Assembly: GCA_044866775.1 (NCBI GenBank)
Contig: JBIOUG010000136.1
Coordinates: 7,709 to 71,708, forward strand
Direction: 5' to 3'
DNA from: Thermoanaerobaculia bacterium
Lineage (GTDB): Bacteria > Acidobacteriota > Thermoanaerobaculia > Multivoradales > UBA5704
DNA length: 64,000 bases
A program made the position numbers and the translations under genes. Of this stretch, positions 9,299-18,043 are shown in pieces. Positions within the stretch are counted from its first letter, which is position 1. Each line of letters starts with the position of its first letter. A model generated the notes under the pieces. It did no database searches and had not been told where the DNA came from. It worked only from the letters and a program-made list of their open reading frames with translations.

Positions 9299-11860
9299 AT
9301 GCGTAGGATCGGCGCGATGTCGGGGCCGTATCGCCGACTGCGCGCCGTTCTCTCCTACCTGTTCTTCTGCTCCGTCTGTGCGTTCGGGGCCGAGGCCACC
9401 GACCTCCCGCCGCGCTATCAGGCGTGGCTCGACGAGGTGGCGCCGCTCATCATGCCGGCCGAGCGCGAGGCATTCCTCGGGCTCTCCCAGGACTACCAGC
9501 GCGACGCCTTCATCCGCCGCTTCTGGCAGGTGCGCGACCCCTATCCCGAGACGGCGCGCAACGAGCTGGCCGAGCGCTGGGAGGAGCGGGTGCAGATGGT
9601 CCGCGAGCGCTTCCGCGACGCCGCCGACGAGCGCGCCAAGGTGATCCTCTTCCTCGGGCCGCCGGCGGACACCGTCGAGTCGCGCTGCCCCGAGGTCCTC
9701 ATGCCGCTCGAGATCTGGCGTTACGCCGAGGCCGCCGGCGTCAAGGGAAGCTTCAACCTGGTCTTCGCGCGCCCGGGCGGCAGCCGCTACCGGCTGTGGA
9801 TTCCGAGCGACGGCCTGCGGCCGCTCCTCGCCTTCGACTTCCGCGTCGACGTCACGGCCAGCGACCACGCGATCCTGCAGGCCATCGCCGGCCAGTGCAT
9901 GCGCGGCCAGGAGCTGGCGGGCCAGCTCCTCGGCGCCGCCGACTGGGGGCAGATCGAGTCGCACGTCCTGCCCAAGCCGAGCCAGGAGTGGCTGCGCACC
10001 TTCCTCGCCAAGTCGACCGACCTGCCGGCGGACGCCGCGCCGCTCGCCGCCCGCCTCGAGCTCGCCTTCCCCGCCCGCCGGCAGAGCCGCACGCTGGTCC
10101 AGGGAGTGCTCTCGGTGCCGCGCGCCGAGGCGCAGGCCGAGCGCCTCGGGACGGCCGGCATCTACACCTTCGTCCTCGACGGCGAGGTGCTGCGCAAGGG
10201 GGAGCTGTTCGAGAGCTTCCGCGTCAAGTTCACGCTGCCGGAGGCGGGCGCCGCCGGCGACAGCATCCCGCTCGTCTTCGAGCGCTCGCTCCGCCCCGGC
10301 GCCTACCGGCTGGTGGTGCGGCTCCACGACACCGCCTCGCAGCGCTACTTCCGCGAGGAGCGCGACCTCGAGGTGCCGGCGCTCGACCAGGTGGCGGCGG
10401 CGGCGCCCGGCGCGCCGAATCCAATGACCGCGCCGGCGCCCCTGATCAGCCCACCCCCCTCCCATCCACTGCTCGCCGAGGCCAACGCCGGGCTCGCCGG
10501 CGCCGACGCGCCGGCCGAGGGCGAGCAGTCGATCCGCATCCTGCCGCCGCCGTCGGGCCTCCTGACCGGACGGGCGCGGGTCGAGGCGATCGTCGCCGGC
10601 GACGGCGTGACGCGCGTGCGCTGGGACCTCGACGGCAAGCCGGTGATGAGCAAGAGGGGCGCGCCCTACAGCGTCGAGCTCGACCTCGGGCCCGACCCGC
10701 GTCTGCACCGCCTGGCGGCGGTGGCGCTCGGCGCCAAGGGCGAGGAGCTGGCGAGCGACGAGCTGCGCTTGAACGCCGGCCCCCACCGCTTCTCGCTGCG
10801 CCTGGTCGAGCCGCAGCCCGGGCGCACCTACCGCACGAGCCTCCGCGCCCAGGCCGAGGTCGAGGTGCCGGAGGGGGAGACGCTCGAGCGGGTCGAGATC
10901 TTCTTGAACGAGGACCGGATGGCGACCCTCTACCAGCCGCCGTTCGCGCAGCCGCTGGTGCTGCCGCAGGGGAACACGCTCTCCTACGTGCGCGCCGTCG
11001 CCTTCCTCGCCGACGGCAACTCGACCGAGGACGTGGTGCTGGTCAACGCCCCGGAGTACGGCACCGCGATCGACGTCCACATGGTGGAGCTCTACACCAC
11101 CGTCGTCGACCGCCGCGGCCGCCCGGTCGACGGCCTGGCGCGCGAGGAATTCACGGTGCTGGAGGACGGCGCCGAGCAGCGCCTTCACCGCTTCGAGCGG
11201 GTGACCGATCTGCCGATCTACGCCGGGGTGATGCTCGACACCTCGGCCTCCATGGCCGAGGAACTGCACGAGGCGGTGCGCGGCGCCCTGGCCTTCTTCG
11301 AGACCGTGATCCAGCCCAAGGACCGCGCCGCCGTCTTCACCTTCAGCGACCAGCCGCAGCTCGCCGTGCGCTTCACCAATGACGCCACCATCCTGGCCGG
11401 CGGCCTCGCCGGGCTCGCCGCCGAGGGCAACACCGCGCTCTACGACAGCCTGATCTTCGCCCTCCACTACTTCGGCGGCATCACCGGCAAGCGGGCGCTC
11501 GTGGTGCTCACCGACGGCGTCGACGAAGGGAGCCGCTACGACTTCCAGAACGCCCTCGAGTACGCCCGCCGCAGCGGCGTCGCCCTCTACACGGTCGGCA
11601 TCGACATCGGCACCAAGGAGGCCGACGCGCGGATGAAGATGGAGCGGCTGGCGAGCGAGACCGGCGGCCGCTACTTCTTCATCGACCAGGCGAGCGACCT
11701 GAAGCGCGTCTACGCCGAGATCGAGGGCGACCTGCGCACCCAGTACCTGCTCGCCTACCAGTCGGCGAGCGAGGCGGCGGCGGACAAGTACCGCACGGTC
11801 GAGGTGCGGGTGAAGCGGCCCGGGCTCGAGGCGCGCACGCTGCGGGGGTACTACCCGTGA
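9299..11860 (+). CDS. paralogous GWxTD-like / VWA domain protein
   Basis: It has the same architecture and colinear motifs as 6590..9121 (YQRDAFIRRFWQVRDPYPETARNE; AGVMLDTSASM; LVVLTDGVDEGS; ALYTVGIDIG). The start is uncertain: ATG at 9299 or 9317. The track start at 9269 is also possible. Confidence 0.8.
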   Translation: MRRIGAMSGPYRRLRAVLSYLFFCSVCAFGAEATDLPPRYQAWLDEVAPLIMPAEREAFLGLSQDYQRDAFIRRFWQVRDPYPETARNELAERWEERVQMVRERFRDAADERAKVILFLGPPADTVESRCPEVLMPLEIWRYAEAAGVKGSFNLVFARPGGSRYRLWIPSDGLRPLLAFDFRVDVTASDHAILQAIAGQCMRGQELAGQLLGAADWGQIESHVLPKPSQEWLRTFLAKSTDLPADAAPLAARLELAFPARRQSRTLVQGVLSVPRAEAQAERLGTAGIYTFVLDGEVLRKGELFESFRVKFTLPEAGAAGDSIPLVFERSLRPGAYRLVVRLHDTASQRYFREERDLEVPALDQVAAAAPGAPNPMTAPAPLISPPPSHPLLAEANAGLAGADAPAEGEQSIRILPPPSGLLTGRARVEAIVAGDGVTRVRWDLDGKPVMSKRGAPYSVELDLGPDPRLHRLAAVALGAKGEELASDELRLNAGPHRFSLRLVEPQPGRTYRTSLRAQAEVEVPEGETLERVEIFLNEDRMATLYQPPFAQPLVLPQGNTLSYVRAVAFLADGNSTEDVVLVNAPEYGTAIDVHMVELYTTVVDRRGRPVDGLAREEFTVLEDGAEQRLHRFERVTDLPIYAGVMLDTSASMAEELHEAVRGALAFFETVIQPKDRAAVFTFSDQPQLAVRFTNDATILAGGLAGLAAEGNTALYDSLIFALHYFGGITGKRALVVLTDGVDEGSRYDFQNALEYARRSGVALYTVGIDIGTKEADARMKMERLASETGGRYFFIDQASDLKRVYAEIEGDLRTQYLLAYQSASEAAADKYRTVEVRVKRPGLEARTLRGYYP

Positions 11861-11869
11861 GCCCACGGA

Positions 11870-11895
11870 CGTCCGGGATGTGGCCCGGGCGGCAC
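11870..11895 (+). repeat. degenerate REP-like copy
   Basis: CGTCCGGGATGTGGCCCGGGCGGCAC lies immediately 5' of an intact copy. Confidence 0.5.
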
Positions 11896-11897
11896 GA

Positions 11898-11931
11898 TCC
11901 GAAAACGCCCGGGACGTGGCCCGGGCGCTAC
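11898..11931 (+). repeat. REP-like hairpin repeat (type 1)
   Basis: TCCGAAAACGCCCGGGACGTGGCCCGGGCGCTAC. Confidence 0.9.
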
Positions 11932-11957
11932 GAGCACTGAGCCAGCTTCCGTCTCTC

Positions 11958-12554
11958 GTGCTCGCGTCGGGATCGCCGCGGCGGCGCGAGCTGCTGGCTG
12001 GGCTGGGGCTCGCGTTCACCGTCCGCCCGGTGGACCTCGACGAAACGCCGCTCCCGGGCGAGGAGCCGGGGGCGACCGTCCGCCGCCTCGCCGAAGCCAA
12101 GGCCGCGGCCGGCGCCCGGCCGGGCGAGCTGGCGCTGGGCGCCGACACGCTGGTGGTGCTCGACGAGGCGGTGCTCGGCAAGCCGCGCGACGCCGAGGAG
12201 GCGGTGGAGATGCTGCTGCGGATCGCCGGGCGCGAGCACACGGTGCTGACGGGGGTGGCGCTCTGCGAGCGGCTGGGCAAGGGGGATGGAGACGTGCGCC
12301 GCGCCGCGACGCTCGAGACCTCGCGGGTGACGATGGCTCCTCTCACCCGCGAGCAGGCAGCCTGGTACGTCGCCACCGGCGAGCCGCTCGACAAGGCCGG
12401 GTCCTACGCCATCCAGGGGCTCGGCGCCCTGTACGTGGAAGCGGTCTACGGCAACTACACCAACGTCGTCGGCCTGCCGCTGCCGGCGACAGCTCGCCTG
12501 TTCCGCGAGCTGGGCTACGACGTCATGGACTTCGCTGCGCCCAGGATGACTTAG
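11958..12554 (+). CDS. maf: Maf-like nucleoside-triphosphate pyrophosphatase
   Basis: I moved the start to the GTG at 11958 (VLASGSPRRRELL...). GADTLVVLD...LGKP...SYAIQG match Maf. The track start at 11880 lies inside the REP. Confidence 0.85.
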   Translation: MLASGSPRRRELLAGLGLAFTVRPVDLDETPLPGEEPGATVRRLAEAKAAAGARPGELALGADTLVVLDEAVLGKPRDAEEAVEMLLRIAGREHTVLTGVALCERLGKGDGDVRRAATLETSRVTMAPLTREQAAWYVATGEPLDKAGSYAIQGLGALYVEAVYGNYTNVVGLPLPATARLFRELGYDVMDFAAPRMT

Positions 12555-12781
12555 CTAGTCCTTCGACGTCGCCGACGCCCGTATGGACCGTGCAGCCGCG
12601 TGGGGTGCCGGACCGCAGGGCGCGGAACCGGCGCGCGCCCCCTCGCCTGGCAACACCGTTGTGATGCACTCCGCGTAGCGGAGTGCGAACCGAAGGCCAC
12701 CACGCCCTGCTATCAGCACCGCGAAGCGGCGTGCCTGTGGAGCGCCCTGCGGACCGGCACCCCACGCGGCGACTATCCGTC
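12551..12781. repeat. ~230-nt structured repeat, copy 1 (MITE-like element or structured RNA)
   Basis: Shares conserved blocks with 17150..17379. A 26-nt terminal stem (12585-12610 pairs with 12735-12760, 25/26) encloses the internal hairpin 12656-12676. Confidence 0.8.
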
Positions 12782-12798
12782 CCGCGCGGGGGGCCCCC

Positions 12799-13209
12799 TC
12801 ACCCGACCTTGATCGCGTCCCCCAGCGAGTCGAGCGAGAAGTTGGCCATGATCTGGTGGCCGTTGAAGTCGAGGACCCGCAGGTCCTCCTCCCCCTCGAG
12901 GTCGCGGGCGATGCTGTCATAGGAGTGGCTGTAGCGCTCGCGCACCACGCCGAGGTCCACCTCGTAGGCGATGAACTTGTCGATCCCCTTGTAGCGGAGC
13001 TTCTCGATCAGCCGGCCGTCGGTGATCTGGGGATAGGTCGAGAGGGCGAGGATGGGGCCGGTGCCGGTGAAGAGGAGATAGGCGCGGGTCGGTCCGTTCA
13101 CCGGCACGGACGCTACCCTCCGCTCTCGCGCAGTGTCAAGAAACGGACGGCTTCTCTCCTGGTACCGTTTTGCTACTTCGATCAAGCCCCCTGCCGCTTC
13201 GCGGCCCAC
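12799..13209 (-). CDS. hypothetical cytoplasmic protein
   Basis: The composition is protein-like, not Arg/Pro junk: YLLFTGTGPILALSTYPQITDGRLIEKLRYKGIDKFIAYEVDLG.... The start is uncertain: 13209 overlaps the upstream gene by 74 nt, and the alternative GTG at 13107 does not. Confidence 0.6.
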   Translation of the reverse strand: MGREAAGGLIEVAKRYQERSRPFLDTARERRVASVPVNGPTRAYLLFTGTGPILALSTYPQITDGRLIEKLRYKGIDKFIAYEVDLGVVRERYSHSYDSIARDLEGEEDLRVLDFNGHQIMANFSLDSLGDAIKVG

Positions 13210-16200
13210 CCTGACCGGCTTCGCCGGTCAGCGAGTCGGCGATGTGGAGGAAATCCGCGTCGACGGCGAGGAAGGCGTCCACCAGCTCGGGGTCGAAGTG
13301 GCGGCCGCGGTCGGCGGCGATCCGCCGCACCGCCTCGTCGTGCGCCAGCGGCGGCTTGTAGGGGCGCCGGCTGATGATCGCGTCGTAGGCGTCGACCAGG
13401 GCCACGATGCGGGCGGCGAGCGGGATCGCGGCGCCGGCGAGGCCGCGCGGGTAGCCCGAGCCGTCCCAGCGCTCGTGGTGGCTGTAGGCGATCTCCATCG
13501 CCAGGGCGAGGAAGCTCCGGCCGCCGTGGCGCTCGATGACCGAGCGCAGGACGTCGCCGCCGACCGTCGTGTGCTCGCGCATCAGCGCCTGCTCGCCGGG
13601 GTCGAGCCCGCCCGGCTTGCGCAGCACGGCGTCGGGGGTCGCGACCTTGCCGATGTCGTGCAGCGGGCTCGAGCGGCCGAGCTGCTCGATGAAGGCTCCG
13701 TCGACGCCGCGGTGGCCGCGGGCGCGCAGCTCCTCGGCCAGGCGCTGGCTGTAGGCGGCGATCCGCTCGAGGTGCTGGCCGGTCGTGCCGTCGCGCAGCT
13801 CGGCGAGCTTGGCGAGGGTGAAGACCGCGACGTCGCGGGCCTCGCGCAGCTCGCGCTGGCGCGCGCGCAGCACCCGCATGCGCAGCTTGTAGGCGCCGCC
13901 GCCCACCACCACCAGGGTCACCGCGCCGAGGCCCAGGAACCAGACGGTCTGATGGAACCGCGGCGGCAGGCGGAGCGCGACGCTCGCCCCCGCCGGGCTC
14001 CAGACGCCGTCCTCGTTGGCGGCGATCACCCGGAAGTCGTAGCGCCCCGGCGGCAGGTTCATGTAATAGGCCACGCGCCGCGCGCCGGCCTCCTGCCAGT
14101 CGCGGTCGAAGCCGTCGAGCCGGTAGCGGAAGCGCACCGCCCCGGGCACGGCGAGGCCGATGCCGGTGTAGGCGATCTCGACCTCGCCCGCGCCGACCGG
14201 CAGGCGCACCGGCGGACCGAGCGGCAGCGGCTCGCCGTCGGCCACGACCTGCTCGACGTGGACGAGAGGCGGCCGCGCGTTGGCGCGCAGCCGCGCGGGA
14301 TCGACGACCACCGCGCCCTGCACGGTGGGGAACCAGAGCCGGCCGTCGCGGCCCCGCCAGCCGGCCGGCTGGCCGCCGCCGTTGCACTCGGCGCTGCGCA
14401 TGCCGTCGCGCACCCCGAAGACGCGCAGCGACAGCGGCCGCCGCCCGGCCGCGGCGGCCGCGAGCTCGGCGCGCCGCACCCGCACGACGCCGCGGTTGGT
14501 GGTGAGCCAGAGGTAGCCGCGGCCGTCGTCGAGAATGCGTGAGACGACGCCGTTCGGCAGCCCCTCGCGGCTACCCCAGCGGGTGAAGACGCCGCGCTCC
14601 AGCCGCGCCAGGCCGCCGCCGTAGGTGCCGATCCAGAGCGCGCCGCCGGCGTCCTCGTGGAGGGCGCGCACGTGGTCGTGCGGCAGGCCGTCGGCGGCGG
14701 TGTAGCGCGTGAAGCGGCCGGCGCGGAAGCGGCCGAGGCCGCGGCGGGTGCCGATCCAGAGGCCGCCCGCGCGGGCGTCGGCGAGGGCCAGCACCTCGTC
14801 GTCCACCAAGCCGTCGGCCGTGGTGTAGAGGCGGAAGTGCTCGCCTTCGAGGCGCGCCAGCCCGGCGATCGTCCCCACCCAGAGGACGCCCGCGCGGTCG
14901 CGCAGGATGGCCCGGCTGACGACGTGCGGCAGCCCGCGCGCGATGCCGACCTCCTGCCAGCGACCGCCGGCGTGGCGCCAGAGCCCGTTGGCGCCGGCCC
15001 ATAGGCTGCCGTCGCGATCGGCGTAGAGCGCGGTGACGCAGCCGAGGGCGCGGCGATCGAGGGGCTCGCGCACGAAGCCGCCGGCGGCGAGACGGGCGAG
15101 GCCGCCGCACAGGGCGCCGGCCCAGACGGTGCCCGCGGCGTCCTCGGTGATGGGCACGACGGCCGCCTCCGGCAGCCCCTCGGCCGTGCCGTAGCTGACG
15201 AAGCTGCCGGCGCGCAGCCGCACCAGCCCGGCGCCGTCGGTGCCGACCCAGAGGTTCCCCTCGCGGTCCTCGTAGACGGACCGCAGACCCGTGCTCCCGA
15301 GCCCCGCATGGCGCTCGACCACGCCGCCGGCGCCGGCGCGGAGACGCTGGAGGCCGCCAGCGGTCCACCACAGGCTGCCGTCACGATCGGCGACGAGGGC
15401 GCCCGTGACCTCGTTGCGCGCGGCGAGCGTCCCGCCGGCGGCGCGGAAGCCCCGGCCCTCGCCCTCCCATCGCGCCAGGCCGCCGTGGGTGCTCGCCCAG
15501 AGCGCACCGGAACGATCGGTGGCGAAGGCGTAGACCCACGCGTGCGGCAGCCCGCTCTCGCGGCCGTAGGCCGTGAAGCGGCCACCGCGCAGGCGCGCCG
15601 CGCCGTTGCGCGTGCCGATCCAGAGCTCGCCGGGCGTGCGCCCGGCGGCGATCGCCAGGACGACGTCGTCGGGAAGACCGTCGGCGCGCGTGTAGACCCG
15701 CGGCCGGCCGGGCGGCGCGAACTGGACGAGCCCGGCGTTCGTGCCCACCCAGAGGCGGCCCGCCGTGTCCTCCCTGAGCGCGTAGACGCGGTCGTCCGGC
15801 AGCCCGTCGCGCGTGGTGAAGGTCGTGAAGGCGTCCCCGTCCTTGCGGATCAGCCCGCCGTCCTCGCTGCCGATCCACAGCCGGCCCGCGCGGTCCTCGT
15901 AGAGCGCCAGGAGCCGGCTGCTGGCGAAGCCGGGCGTCGAAGCGTCGTAGACGGTGAAGCGGACGCCGTCGAAGCGCGCCAGACCGCCGAACGTCGCGAG
16001 CCAGAGATAGCCGTCGCGGGTCTGCAGGATCGAGGTGACGGAGCTCTGCGGCAGACCGTCCTCGGTCGTCCAGGTGTCGCTGACGTATTGCGCCAGCGAG
16101 AGCGTCGGATCGAGCCCGGCCGCCGGCCGGGCGAGGAGCACCCCGGCGAGGGCGAGAACCAGGAGGGCGGCGCGCCGCCCGGCGGGCCGCTCCTCCTGCG

Positions 16201-16231
16201 AAAGGCGGCGAACGGCCGAGGCAGCGCTCAC
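13136..16231 (-). CDS. sensor protein: periplasmic beta-propeller repeats (Reg_prop) + Y_Y_Y domain + TM + HD-GYP phosphodiesterase domain
   Basis: N-terminal signal/TM, then many repeats of the type DG-LW-GT--GL. YRLDGFD--W (Y_Y_Y). A TM segment WFLGLGAVTLVVVGGGAY. The C-terminus has HDIGKV...HHERWDGSGYPRGL (HD-GYP). Confidence 0.85.
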   Translation of the reverse strand: MSAASAVRRLSQEERPAGRRAALLVLALAGVLLARPAAGLDPTLSLAQYVSDTWTTEDGLPQSSVTSILQTRDGYLWLATFGGLARFDGVRFTVYDASTPGFASSRLLALYEDRAGRLWIGSEDGGLIRKDGDAFTTFTTRDGLPDDRVYALREDTAGRLWVGTNAGLVQFAPPGRPRVYTRADGLPDDVVLAIAAGRTPGELWIGTRNGAARLRGGRFTAYGRESGLPHAWVYAFATDRSGALWASTHGGLARWEGEGRGFRAAGGTLAARNEVTGALVADRDGSLWWTAGGLQRLRAGAGGVVERHAGLGSTGLRSVYEDREGNLWVGTDGAGLVRLRAGSFVSYGTAEGLPEAAVVPITEDAAGTVWAGALCGGLARLAAGGFVREPLDRRALGCVTALYADRDGSLWAGANGLWRHAGGRWQEVGIARGLPHVVSRAILRDRAGVLWVGTIAGLARLEGEHFRLYTTADGLVDDEVLALADARAGGLWIGTRRGLGRFRAGRFTRYTAADGLPHDHVRALHEDAGGALWIGTYGGGLARLERGVFTRWGSREGLPNGVVSRILDDGRGYLWLTTNRGVVRVRRAELAAAAAGRRPLSLRVFGVRDGMRSAECNGGGQPAGWRGRDGRLWFPTVQGAVVVDPARLRANARPPLVHVEQVVADGEPLPLGPPVRLPVGAGEVEIAYTGIGLAVPGAVRFRYRLDGFDRDWQEAGARRVAYYMNLPPGRYDFRVIAANEDGVWSPAGASVALRLPPRFHQTVWFLGLGAVTLVVVGGGAYKLRMRVLRARQRELREARDVAVFTLAKLAELRDGTTGQHLERIAAYSQRLAEELRARGHRGVDGAFIEQLGRSSPLHDIGKVATPDAVLRKPGGLDPGEQALMREHTTVGGDVLRSVIERHGGRSFLALAMEIAYSHHERWDGSGYPRGLAGAAIPLAARIVALVDAYDAIISRRPYKPPLAHDEAVRRIAADRGRHFDPELVDAFLAVDADFLHIADSLTGEAGQGGPRSGRGLDRSSKTVPGEKPSVS

Positions 16232-16332
16232 ACAGCTCCAGGGACGACGACCTGGCAGAAAGAAGAGTGCGACCGATTGTAGCCTAGGCGACCGCCGGTG
16301 GAGCCGAGGCGCTTGCCGTAGAGTCCGCCCGC

Positions 16333-17067
16333 ATGGAACCGGCCTGGATGCCCCCCGCGGTCGTGCTGGTGCGCCCGCGCGAGGAGGGCAACGTCGGCGC
16401 CGCCGCCCGCGCCATGGCCAACATGGGCCTCGGCCGCCTGCTCCTCGTCGAGCCCGCCGCCCCCCTCGGCAACGTCGCCCGCGCCTTCGCCGTCGGCGCC
16501 CGCCACATCCTCGACGCCGCCGAGCGCCACCCCACCCTCCCCGCCGCCCTCGCCCCCTTCCGCCGCGTCGTGGCGACCACCTCCACCCGCGACCGCCACC
16601 TCTCGGTGCCCCTCCTCCTCCCCCGCGACCTCCCCGCCCTCCTGGCCCACGACCCGAACACCCCCACCGCCCTGGTCTTCGGCCCCGAAGTCGGCGGCCT
16701 CACCAACGACGACCTCTCCCTCGCCGGCGCCATAGTCCACATCCCCTGCGCCCCCGAGCAGCCCACCCTCAACCTGGCCCAGGCCGTCCTCCTCCTGGCC
16801 TACGAGCTCCACACGAGCCGCCTCGACCCAAGCGCTCCATCTCCCTCGGAGCCCCCCGCCACCGCCGGCGACCTGGACGGCCTCTTCACCCAGCTCACCG
16901 ACCTGCTCACCACCGCCGGCTTCGCCCGCGACGACACCTTCCCCGGCGTCCTCCGCGACCTCCGCCAGCTAGCCGCCCGCTCCCAAGCCACCGAGCGCGA
17001 AGTCACCATCCTCCGCGGCATCTGCCGGCGGGTGCACCACGCGCTGTCGCGAAAAACTTCTGGGTAG
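16333..17067 (+). CDS. SpoU/TrmH-family RNA 2'-O-methyltransferase (TrmJ-like)
   Basis: VVLVRPREEGNVGAAARAMANMG...LVFGPEVGGLTNDDL...HIPCAPEQPTLNLAQAVLLLAYEL. Confidence 0.8.
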   Translation: MEPAWMPPAVVLVRPREEGNVGAAARAMANMGLGRLLLVEPAAPLGNVARAFAVGARHILDAAERHPTLPAALAPFRRVVATTSTRDRHLSVPLLLPRDLPALLAHDPNTPTALVFGPEVGGLTNDDLSLAGAIVHIPCAPEQPTLNLAQAVLLLAYELHTSRLDPSAPSPSEPPATAGDLDGLFTQLTDLLTTAGFARDDTFPGVLRDLRQLAARSQATEREVTILRGICRRVHHALSRKTSG

Positions 17068-17095
17068 GAAGACGTGTGAAGGACTTCGGCCGCTC

Positions 17096-17129
17096 TCCGA
17101 AAACGCCCGGGACGTAGCCCGGGCGCTAC
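17096..17129 (+). repeat. REP-like hairpin repeat (type 1)
   Basis: TCCGAAAACGCCCGGGACGTAGCCCGGGCGCTAC. Confidence 0.9.
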
Positions 17130-17149
17130 GGTAAGGATGACAAGCGGTC

Positions 17150-17379
17150 TTTCGGACGTCGCCGGAGCTATCCGGACCGTGCAGCCGCGTGGGGTGCCGG
17201 TCCGCAGGGAGCGACCGGAGCGCGCCCCCCACAGCCACCACGACCGTCGTGATGCACGCCGCGCCAGCGGCGTGCGAACCGCAGTCCTCCACCCCCTCCT
17301 ACCAGCACCGCGAAGCGGCGCGACTTGGAGCGACCGGAGGACCGGCACCCCACGCGGCGACTGTCGGTGCCGCGCGGGC
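17150..17379. repeat. ~230-nt structured repeat, copy 2
   Basis: A perfect 19-bp terminal stem (17184-17202 pairs with 17340-17358). The internal hairpin 17254-17275 carries a compensatory change relative to copy 1. Confidence 0.8.
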
Positions 17380-17401
17380 TCTTCTTCCTCTTGTCTTTGT
17401 C

Positions 17402-17926
17402 TTAGTCGGGTTTGGTATACCCGCGGATGGCCATCTGGTACAGCAGCGCCGACATGCACCGCCGCGTGACCTTGCGCACGCTCGACGGGTGATACCCCAT
17501 CTCCCCCGCCACCTCGTCCGAGTCATACCCCAAGCTGTACCGCAGCCGCAGCAGCTTCTGGCACCGCACCGGCAACGCCTGGAGCAGCAGGTTCAAGTCC
17601 CATCGCAGCTCCGCCTTCTCCTGCGGCGCCGACTGCGGCTCCGACAACAACTCCAGGATGGTCGCGTCCACCGCGTTGTAGAGACTCGCCCGCCGCTTCC
17701 GCCAGTACACCACGCAGCGGTTGCGCAGCGTGATCAGCAGCCAGGCCTCGGGATCGTTGATCTGCTCCCACTTCTGGACCGTCGACATCAAGGCCTCCTG
17801 GATGAGGTCCTCGGCGTCGTGCGCCGGCACCCGATAGCGGGCGAGCACCTGCTTCAGCCGCGGGCGCACCCTGGGCAGCAGCTCCTCCAGCGGCTCCCGG
17901 GCCATCGGCTGTCCAGGAACGGCCAT
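17402..17926 (-). CDS. RNA polymerase ECF-type sigma-70 family factor
   Basis: DAEDLIQEALMSTVQKW (region 2) and LPVRCQKLLRLRYSLGYDSDEVAGEMGYHPSSVRKVTRRCMSAL (region 4 HTH). Confidence 0.85.
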   Translation of the reverse strand: MAVPGQPMAREPLEELLPRVRPRLKQVLARYRVPAHDAEDLIQEALMSTVQKWEQINDPEAWLLITLRNRCVVYWRKRRASLYNAVDATILELLSEPQSAPQEKAELRWDLNLLLQALPVRCQKLLRLRYSLGYDSDEVAGEMGYHPSSVRKVTRRCMSALLYQMAIRGYTKPD

Positions 17927-18043
17927 GGTCTCCCGTCCTCGGTCCCAACAACGAAGGGGCGGTGTCCAGGTGCCGATCTCGGCTCGCGAGCCGCCAACCG
18001 CCTTCCGGGTCCCGAAGAAGGGGATGATAAACTCCCCGGCCGC

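Noticed and set aside
12523-12922. Short ORFs (70-121 aa) over the 230-nt repeat, such as MGCRSAGRSTGTPLRG..., and their counterparts at 17137..17469.
   Set aside because: They are read from both strands of the same inverted-repeat element, in different frames in the two copies. Their similarity is explained at the DNA level.
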